Positions 9,829-16,651 of a stretch of 64,000 nucleotides of DNA are shown piece after piece. Positions within the stretch are counted from its first letter, which is position 1, and each line of letters starts with the position of its first letter. Origin of the DNA: Clostridia bacterium (GTDB lineage Bacteria > Bacillota > Clostridia > Oscillospirales > CAG-272); NCBI GenBank assembly GCA_017547755.1, contig JAFYOX010000009.1, positions 5,949 through 69,948 of the forward strand, written 5' to 3'. Made by a program: the position numbers and the translations under genes. Under the pieces are notes generated by a model. The model was not told the origin of the DNA and did not search any database. It saw nothing but the letters and a program-made list of their open reading frames with translations.

Positions 9829-9890
9829 GGGGGAAACCTTTTTTAAGGAAAGGGTTTCCCCCGAACCCCTTTCCAGAACCTTTTTATACC
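9829..9890 (-). repeat. GGGGAAAC-palindrome plus conserved flank (family member); likely terminator of the 9922..11166 gene
   Basis: Minus strand reads TATAAAAAGGTTCTGGAAAGGGGTTC followed by GGGGGAAACCCTTTCCTTAAAAAAGGTTTCCCCC. Confidence 0.8.
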
Positions 9891-9921
9891 GGATATTTCT
9901 TGAATTTTGTGCAAATTTATA

Positions 9922-11166
9922 TTATTCCGCAAACGCGGCATATGCACTGGATTTTGTGCAGATGATCGCGCCCTTCTTTACAGGAACCACGCCGATGATA
10001 TCGGCTTCTCCCGCCGCATACGGCGTCCGGGTTCCGTCCGGTGCGATCTGCAGGACGCCTTCCGGCGTTTCCAGATATACCAGTGCCTTTTCGGGATTCT
10101 GCGATGCTTCCACACCCGTGACGCGGGTATCCTGCAGAACGGTGTCCAGAAGCACTTCGCCGTCCGGTGCGAAGACCAGAACGCGGCTTTCCGTGCCGAG
10201 CGTATTCATGCTGCCCACCACGGCTGCCGAAGCATCGGTCATATCCGCATAGCGCAGTGCGCTTCCGGCAAGGCTGACGCTCGTCTGCAGATTCCCGTCA
10301 AAATCATAGAAAAACATGCCCGTATCGCAGAGAAGAAGGAATCCCTCTTCCGCCGCGTAAACTTCCAGCGGCATGGTGTGGCTGTAGACCACGGTATTCA
10401 CCGCGTCCGCCTGTCCCGCGCGGCATACCGCCACTTCGCAGGAGAAGTCCGTGTCCGCAGGGATCGCGGATGCGATCATGACCCGGCTTCCGTCGGGAGA
10501 GATCGCCGCACCGAGGACATAGTTTTCCTTGTAGATGCTCATTGTATGCTGGAACGCGGCGTTATAGACTTCCACCACATACCGCGTCTCCCGCGACCGG
10601 GTGACAAGAACAAAATCCCCCGCGTCGCTCATATCGCCGGTAAGGATCCGGTGCCCGGTATCCCGCCGGATAATGCGGGTCAGCTGGTTGTAGATCGAAT
10701 ATCCCGTTCCGCCGAGGTCGTACATCAGCAGATATTTGTCCGCAGGAACGAGAACGGGTTCGGAACATCCGGAATCCTCTTCGATCATGCGGATCCCCGT
10801 CGGGTCAAAGTAGAGATATTTGTCACCGCTTGCGGCGGCAAGACCGTTCTTGAACGATTCGAATTTCATGCTCGCCGAACCGTTGTAGACCACGGTCGAA
10901 AAACCGTCGGTTTCGGAGGAGATCATCGTACCGAAGTCCCGTACCAGATAACGCATATTCTCGTAGGTCATGGAGTCCCCGAAAAACATCGTCACCGCGA
11001 GGAAGAACAGCGCGAATACAAGGAGAAGCACAATGGCAAAGCCCTTGTAGACCTTCGAAACTTTTTTATAGTACCGGTTCACCTGCGGCGGGATCTTTCC
11101 CGCGACGCGCAGAGCTTTTTTCGGCGGATCCGCCGGCCCCGGTGAGGGTGTACTTACATTCGCCAT
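9922..11166 (-). CDS. Hypothetical membrane-anchored protein (single N-terminal TM, large extracytoplasmic domain)
   Basis: 414-aa ORF with an AAGGAG RBS and a TM segment at FAIVLLLVFALFFLAVTMFF. I recognise no catalytic motif; it may be a beta-propeller-like DUF. Confidence 0.7.
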   Translation of the reverse strand: MANVSTPSPGPADPPKKALRVAGKIPPQVNRYYKKVSKVYKGFAIVLLLVFALFFLAVTMFFGDSMTYENMRYLVRDFGTMISSETDGFSTVVYNGSASMKFESFKNGLAAASGDKYLYFDPTGIRMIEEDSGCSEPVLVPADKYLLMYDLGGTGYSIYNQLTRIIRRDTGHRILTGDMSDAGDFVLVTRSRETRYVVEVYNAAFQHTMSIYKENYVLGAAISPDGSRVMIASAIPADTDFSCEVAVCRAGQADAVNTVVYSHTMPLEVYAAEEGFLLLCDTGMFFYDFDGNLQTSVSLAGSALRYADMTDASAAVVGSMNTLGTESRVLVFAPDGEVLLDTVLQDTRVTGVEASQNPEKALVYLETPEGVLQIAPDGTRTPYAAGEADIIGVVPVKKGAIICTKSSAYAAFAE

Positions 11167-11188
11167 GTCGGCTCCTTATGGTTTGTCA

Positions 11189-11971
11189 CTAAAAAATTTT
11201 CCAATCGATTTCCCGGTCATACCATACCTGCGCGAGGTAGAGACCGTGCGGCGGAGCGGTTTTTCCGGCCTTCGACCGGTCTTTCGCCGCGAGAACTGCC
11301 CCGATATCGCCGGGTTCGAACACCCCGTACGCACAGTCGGTCAGGGTTCCCGTGATGATGCGCACCATGTTGTACAGAAATCCGTCCGCGGAAATGCGCA
11401 GATCGAGAAATGTCCCATTCCTCTCGACATTCAGGGTATATACGGTCCGGTGCGCGTCGACAATCTTCGATCCCGCCGCCATGAACGAGGTGAAATCGTG
11501 ATGTCCGACGATCTGCGCCGCCGCAAGATTCATCCGCGCCAGCCCTTCGTCCGTCACCGGATGCTTCAGGTGCCATGCACGGGTCGTCTGGAAGGGGTCG
11601 TCATACACGGTATCGTACATCCGGTAAAGGTATTCCTTGCGCACAACGGAATAGCGCGGATGAAAGTCATCCGGAACCTCCGCCTCCCCGCAGATGGAAA
11701 TATCCGCCGGAAGAAACCGCCGCAGAGCGCGGTGAACGCGTCCCGTCGGGATCGTGATGCGGTTCTGCGGATCGGCCGGTTCGACTGCCGCACAGAACCC
11801 GAGCGCGTGAACGCCCGAATCCGTCCGGCTGCATCCCGTGACCGTGCACGGAAAGCCGAAACAGTCCGAGACGGCGTCCGTCAGAGCACGCTGAATCGAC
11901 GGCTTGTCCGGCTGCGCCTGATAGCCGCAGTAGGCCGTGCCGTCGTACAGAATTCTGAAAAGTAATTTCAT
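11189..11971 (-). CDS. truA: tRNA pseudouridine(38-40) synthase
   Basis: The protein starts MKLLFRILYDGTAYCGYQ and contains the catalytic-Asp motif RTDSGVHA. It sits downstream of ecfT, as in many Firmicutes. Confidence 0.9.
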   Translation of the reverse strand: MKLLFRILYDGTAYCGYQAQPDKPSIQRALTDAVSDCFGFPCTVTGCSRTDSGVHALGFCAAVEPADPQNRITIPTGRVHRALRRFLPADISICGEAEVPDDFHPRYSVVRKEYLYRMYDTVYDDPFQTTRAWHLKHPVTDEGLARMNLAAAQIVGHHDFTSFMAAGSKIVDAHRTVYTLNVERNGTFLDLRISADGFLYNMVRIITGTLTDCAYGVFEPGDIGAVLAAKDRSKAGKTAPPHGLYLAQVWYDREIDWKIF

Positions 11972-11978
11972 TGTTTTC

Positions 11979-12806
11979 TTATAAAGTCAGCCCGTACAGC
12001 GGGAAATAGGTGTTCAGCAGAACGATTGCCGTGCCGAGAAGAAGGATCGCCAGCAAAAAAAGCCAGTCCTTTGCCGTGGAACGCAGAACGTTCATCCGGG
12101 TACGTCCCTCTCCGCCGGTATAGCAGCGGCATTCCATCGCCGTCGCCAGTTCATCCGCACGGCGGAACGCCGAGATGAACAGCGGGATCAGGATCGGAAT
12201 CAGCGCTTTCGCTCTCTGCAGCAGACTTCCTGTGGAAAAGTCCGCACCGCGCGCCTTCTGCGCGTTCATGATCTTCTGCGTTTCATCGATCAGGGTCGGG
12301 ATGAAGCGCAGGGCGATGGTCATCATCATCGAGAATTCATGCACGGGAACGTGCAGTTTCTTCAGCGGGGACAGGAGCTGTTCCAGCCCGTCCGTCAGCG
12401 CAAGCGGCGTGGTCGTATACGTCAGGAATACCGACGTCGCAACGATCAGCAGAACGATGCGCACCACGATCAGTATGGCGTTGATGATGCCCTCGAGGTA
12501 AATCTTGACCGGTCCGAGCTGAACGAGCAGTACGTCTCCCGTCATCCAGAATATGTTGATGACGGCAGTAAATACGATAATAAAGAGCAGCGGACGCATT
12601 CCGCGCAGGATCATTGCCGGCGAAAGTCCGGTCAGTCCGACCAGAAGAACGGCGGAAAGGATCAGCAGTGCGAACGAGGTCACGCCTTTCGCCAGGAAAA
12701 TGGCGACAATGTAGAGAATCGAGAGGACGATCTTCATCCGCGGGTCAAGGCGGTGGATCAGGGAGTTCCCCTCACAGTATTGTCCGAAAGTAATGTCAGC
12801 TTTCAT
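11979..12806 (-). CDS. ecfT: Energy-coupling-factor transporter transmembrane subunit
   Basis: Multi-TM protein with the coupling-helix ARG motif (AQKARGADF). It lies next to two ECF ATPase genes. Confidence 0.9.
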   Translation of the reverse strand: MKADITFGQYCEGNSLIHRLDPRMKIVLSILYIVAIFLAKGVTSFALLILSAVLLVGLTGLSPAMILRGMRPLLFIIVFTAVINIFWMTGDVLLVQLGPVKIYLEGIINAILIVVRIVLLIVATSVFLTYTTTPLALTDGLEQLLSPLKKLHVPVHEFSMMMTIALRFIPTLIDETQKIMNAQKARGADFSTGSLLQRAKALIPILIPLFISAFRRADELATAMECRCYTGGEGRTRMNVLRSTAKDWLFLLAILLLGTAIVLLNTYFPLYGLTL

Positions 12807-12821
12807 GCAGGTCCCTCCTCA

Positions 12822-13673
12822 TTACAGCTTTTTGAGAAGCTGCTTCACCGCGTAGTCCACGGTATAGATGTCCGCGCCGATATCCGCGCCGTTTTCCGCC
12901 AGAGCCGCCGCAATGCGCGTGATCTGCGGAACGTCCAGCCCGACGGAGATCAGTTCCTGATATTCGGAGAATACCTCCGCACAGGTCCGGTGCATGAGGA
13001 CTTTTGCGTCCGCCATCACGACGAGCTTGTCGCAGTACATCGCCATGTCTTCCATGCTGTGGCTGACGATGATGACCGTCGTGCTGCTTTCGCCCGCGTA
13101 CTGCCGGATACCGCCGAGAATATCGCGCCGTCCGACGGGATCGAGCCCTGCCGCCGGTTCATCAAGAATGAGGATCTTCGGCTGCATCGCCATAACGCCT
13201 GCCAGTGCCGCGCGGCGTTTCTGACCGCCGGACAGTTCAAACGGGGATTTGTCGAGAAGTTCCGGCGCAAGTCCGGAGAATTTTGCCGCTTCCAGAACGC
13301 GCGTATTAAGTTCGTCCCCGGTCAGTCCCATGTTTTTCGGACCGAACGCGATGTCCTCGCGCACGGTTTCCGCGAAAAGCTGGTATTCCGGGTACTGCAT
13401 GACCAGCCCAGCCTTGAAGCGGACGTCGCGGATCTTTTTCGGCTCCGCCCAGATGTCCGTGCCGTCGAGGATGACCTGCCCTTCGTCAGGCTTCAGAAGA
13501 CCGTTGAGCATCTGCACGAGCGTGGATTTGCCGCTGCCCGTGTGACCGATCAGTCCCGTGATGCCGTCCGCCGCGCCGTCGATCTTCAGGGAAACATGAT
13601 CGAGCGCACAGACCGCCGACGGTGTGTTTTTGTTATAAGTAAAGGTGATATTTTTCAGTTCAATGACAGCCAT
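12822..13673 (-). CDS. ecfA2: Energy-coupling-factor transporter ATPase
   Basis: Walker A GHTGSGKS, signature LSGGQKRR and Walker B ILILDEP. The start is placed at the internal ATG 13673, behind GGGGAGGAA. Confidence 0.9.
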   Translation of the reverse strand: MAVIELKNITFTYNKNTPSAVCALDHVSLKIDGAADGITGLIGHTGSGKSTLVQMLNGLLKPDEGQVILDGTDIWAEPKKIRDVRFKAGLVMQYPEYQLFAETVREDIAFGPKNMGLTGDELNTRVLEAAKFSGLAPELLDKSPFELSGGQKRRAALAGVMAMQPKILILDEPAAGLDPVGRRDILGGIRQYAGESSTTVIIVSHSMEDMAMYCDKLVVMADAKVLMHRTCAEVFSEYQELISVGLDVPQITRIAAALAENGADIGADIYTVDYAVKQLLKKL

Positions 13674-13677
13674 GACG

Positions 13678-14559
13678 TCATTTTCCTCCCCGCGCCCGTT
13701 TGATTGCCCGTGCGATTTCCGCCGCACAGTCGTTTACGTCAAAAAGATCGAGCCGTACGTCAAGCCCGGCCTGCCGCATTTTGTAGAGAAGTTCCGTCGT
13801 CTGGGGAACGTCCAGTCCGGCGTCCCACATGGCTTCGGGATCGGAGAAAACTTCGGACGGCGTGCCGTCGCGCAGGATCTTCCCGTGATCCATGACGATG
13901 ATCCGGTCGGCAAGCGCGGCTTCGCTCATGTAGTGCGTGATGAGGATGACCGTGATGCCGTCCTCGCGGTTGAGCTTCATGGCGGTGTTCATGACGTCCT
14001 GCCGTCCGAGCGGGTCGAGCATCGCCGTGGATTCGTCGAAAATAACGCATTTGCGCTTCATGGCAATGACGCCGGCGATAGCAATGCGCTGTTTCTGACC
14101 GCCGGACAGATTGTGCGGCGAGCTGCGCGCATGCTTGGTCATGCCGACCTGTTCGAGCGCCTGATCGACGCGCTTACGGATCTCCGCGGACGGAATTCCG
14201 AGATTTTCGCATCCGAACGCAACGTCTTCCTCCACAATGGAGGCAACGATCTGGTTGTCCGGATTCTGGAAGACCATGCCGATGTCGCGTCTGGCGGCAA
14301 GGATATCCTCGTCGGTCACATCGGGATCGGTAAGATCCTTTCCGCAGAGAAAAAGCTTCCCGGAATCCGGATAATTGACCATGCAGAGCAGTTTTGCCAG
14401 CGTGGATTTGCCGCTGCCGTTGTGTCCGAGGATCGCGGTGAACGAACCTTCCTCGATCTCAAAGGAAACGTCGTCGAGCGCACGTACGGGCTTCGATTCG
14501 CTGTCTCCCGGATAGGAAAAGGTCAGATGTTCGGCTTTGATGATGGGATTTTTCTGCAT
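13678..14559 (-). CDS. ecfA1: Energy-coupling-factor transporter ATPase
   Basis: Walker A GHNGSGKS, signature LSGGQKQR and Walker B VIFDEST. Confidence 0.9.
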   Translation of the reverse strand: MQKNPIIKAEHLTFSYPGDSESKPVRALDDVSFEIEEGSFTAILGHNGSGKSTLAKLLCMVNYPDSGKLFLCGKDLTDPDVTDEDILAARRDIGMVFQNPDNQIVASIVEEDVAFGCENLGIPSAEIRKRVDQALEQVGMTKHARSSPHNLSGGQKQRIAIAGVIAMKRKCVIFDESTAMLDPLGRQDVMNTAMKLNREDGITVILITHYMSEAALADRIIVMDHGKILRDGTPSEVFSDPEAMWDAGLDVPQTTELLYKMRQAGLDVRLDLFDVNDCAAEIARAIKRARGGK

Positions 14560-14589
14560 AACTTACGATACCTCCCTGGTTCCGGAGAA

Positions 14590-15483
14590 TCAGAACCGGA
14601 ATTCACAGCGCACCGACGCGCCGCTCGGCAGAATCAGACCGGAATCGGTCACGGGGATCCCCGTTTCGCCGAATTCCACGTGCGCCGCCTTGCGCAGATT
14701 TGCGGGAAGCGCGGTCTGAAGGATGTATGCCATCGTTGCCGGGGAAAGCCCGGTCGTATACGAATTGATGAGGAAGAACGCGGGACGGTCGGAAAGCACC
14801 TTCGCGGTCAGCGCCACGAGATCGGCGGCACATTCCTCGAGCTTCCAGACTTCGCCGTTCGGACCTCTGCCGTAGGACGGCGGGTCCATGATGATGCCGT
14901 CGTAACGGACGCCGCGGCGGATCTCACGTTCCACGAATTTCCGGCAGTCGTCCACGATGTAGCGGCACGGTGCATCGCCGAGTCCGGACAGCTGCATATT
15001 TTCCTTTGCGGCGTTGGTCATCCCCTTGGATGCGTCCACGTGACAGAGTGCGGCGCCCGCCATGGAGCAGGCAACGGTCGCACCGCCGGTGTAGGCAAAC
15101 AGATTCAGCACCTTCGGACGTTCCGCACCGTCGCCGTTTTCGGCGATACGGCGGCGGATCACACCGTCCGCCCAGTCCCAGTTGGTCGCCTGTTCGGGGA
15201 AGAGGCCCGTGTGCTTGAATCCCATCGGACGCAGACGGAACTGATACTTTCCGTAGGAAATGCACCAGTTTTCAGGCATATTGTTGACGACCCAGGAGCC
15301 GCCGCCGCCCTGTCTGCGGTAAACGCCGTGCGCTTCACGCCACAGCGGATTTTTCCGTTTTCCGTTCCAGATGACCTGCGGGTCGGGACGGATGAGGATG
15401 TACTTTCCCCAACGTTCCAGACGTTCTCCGCCTTCGCAGTCGATCAGTTCATAATCTTTCCATTTATCTGCAGCCCACATAAT
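14590..15483 (-). CDS. Class I SAM-dependent methyltransferase (RlmI/RlmK-like)
   Basis: Contains VLNLFAYTGGATV (motif I) and IIMDPPSYG (motif IV). The start is placed at ATG 15483, behind AGGAG. Confidence 0.8.
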   Translation of the reverse strand: MMWAADKWKDYELIDCEGGERLERWGKYILIRPDPQVIWNGKRKNPLWREAHGVYRRQGGGGSWVVNNMPENWCISYGKYQFRLRPMGFKHTGLFPEQATNWDWADGVIRRRIAENGDGAERPKVLNLFAYTGGATVACSMAGAALCHVDASKGMTNAAKENMQLSGLGDAPCRYIVDDCRKFVEREIRRGVRYDGIIMDPPSYGRGPNGEVWKLEECAADLVALTAKVLSDRPAFFLINSYTTGLSPATMAYILQTALPANLRKAAHVEFGETGIPVTDSGLILPSGASVRCEFRF

Positions 15484-15496
15484 AACTCCTTTTTGG

Positions 15497-15600
15497 CTAA
15501 GGACTAATGGTGAAGGGTGAATGACTATTCCCATTCATTCCTTCTGTCCGCCGACGGACAAATCCGGAACAGTCATTCACCATTAGTTCTTAGTCCTTAG
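15497..15600. repeat. About 104-bp imperfect inverted repeat between ruvC and the methyltransferase gene
   Basis: The left arm CTAAGGACTAATGGTGAAGGGTGAATGACT (15497-15526) pairs with the right arm AGTCATTCACCATTAGTTCTTAGTCCTTAG (15571-15600). An inner GTCCG/CGGAC hairpin lies at 15546-15559. Confidence 0.8.
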
Positions 15601-15603
15601 TTT

Positions 15604-16134
15604 TTATTTTATCTTCCCCGCCATGGAAGTCGGTTTGTTGTAGTATTCGGCAAGCCTTGACGTCCCCGAATGCGCGTGGCAGATCGCGGCGGCAAGGGCG
15701 TCGGCGGTATCGTCCGGCTTCGGAGGCTTGGCAAGCCCGAGAAGCATCGTCACCATTTCGATGATCTGATGCTTGTCCGCACGGCCGTAGCCGACGACGG
15801 CCTGCTTGATCTGAAGCGGGGTATATTCATAGATCGGGAGACCCGCCTGCCGGCAGGCGAGAAGCAGAACTCCCCGCGCTTCCGCAACGATGATCCCCGT
15901 TTTCTGGTTGGTGTTGAAGAAAAGTTCCTCGATCGCGGCACATTCCGGCTTGTATTTTGCGATGATCGCCGTCAGTTCTTCGTACACATGAAGGATGCGG
16001 TCTTCGGTTTTCTGTCCCGAATCCGTCGTGATCGCTCCGCATGCAATCGGGCGGATCTTCGTACCGAATCCGGAATAGTCGACGATCCCCCATCCGACAA
16101 TGGCGATGCCGGGGTCGATTCCGAGAATAATCAT
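15604..16134 (-). CDS. ruvC: Crossover junction endodeoxyribonuclease RuvC
   Basis: The protein starts MIILGIDPG and has the RNase-H-fold acidic residues of the RuvC family. Confidence 0.9.
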   Translation of the reverse strand: MIILGIDPGIAIVGWGIVDYSGFGTKIRPIACGAITTDSGQKTEDRILHVYEELTAIIAKYKPECAAIEELFFNTNQKTGIIVAEARGVLLLACRQAGLPIYEYTPLQIKQAVVGYGRADKHQIIEMVTMLLGLAKPPKPDDTADALAAAICHAHSGTSRLAEYYNKPTSMAGKIK

Positions 16135-16282
16135 AAAATCCCAGTATTTCTCCGATTATAATATTGTAATGATATATTATAGCATAGAATGAAGCATATG
16201 TCAAAAGTCTTTATGGAATTTTTGGTGAACAAAGTATAACTTTTTCCTTCTGCGTATTTTTTGATAATTTTCACACTTACTC

Positions 16283-16311
16283 TTGACAAATTCGCCCATA
16301 TGCGGTACAAT
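16283..16311 (+). promoter_or_regulatory. Sigma-A type promoter of the T-box leader
   Basis: TTGACA (16283-16288), a 17-nt spacer, then TACAAT (16306-16311). Confidence 0.8.
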
Positions 16312-16317
16312 GTACCC

Positions 16318-16600
16318 AATAGCGATGACGGAGAGCGTACAGGCGGAAGATCCCCAGAGAAAGCGGCACCGGAAAAATCCGGAAACGGTGCGAGCCGCTG
16401 ATCCAATTCCCGATACGGTAGCTCCCAAGCTGAAAGAAAGAAAGCGGTTTTCCGTGAGTAGAATCTTTCCGTAACTGCCCCGTAAACGGCATAGAACTTG
16501 TCAGAGTTCGAGAGAGGCAGCCTATCTTTTGCGGCTGCAATTTGAGTGGTACCGCGGACATTCCTGTTCGTCTCAAAGATTTCTTTGGGGCGTTTTTTTA
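16318..16600 (+). promoter_or_regulatory. T-box riboswitch leader (tRNA-sensing transcription attenuator)
   Basis: Stem I elements are present: GCGATGA (K-turn side), CAGAGAAAGCGGC (AG box) and GGTGCGAGCCGC (distal loop). The T-box sequence AATTTGAGTGGTACCGCGG lies at 16539-16557. An antiterminator GAG/UGGUACC-bulge/GCGGAC...GUUCGU/CUC competes with the terminator CGTCTCAAAG-attt-CTTTGGGGCG (16569-16592), which is followed by TTTTTTTATTT. Confidence 0.85.
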
Positions 16601-16651
16601 TTTCATAAAATTACGTTCCGACAAAATCTCTATATAGATCTGGAGTTTATA

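Noticed and set aside
16411-16425. GGU (Gly) as the T-box specifier codon, from an alternative pairing GAGC/GCUC that leaves ...GGUA before the helix.
   Set aside because: The T-box bulge reads UGGU, implying a tRNA with discriminator A, whereas bacterial tRNA-Gly normally has U73. The codon is left undetermined.
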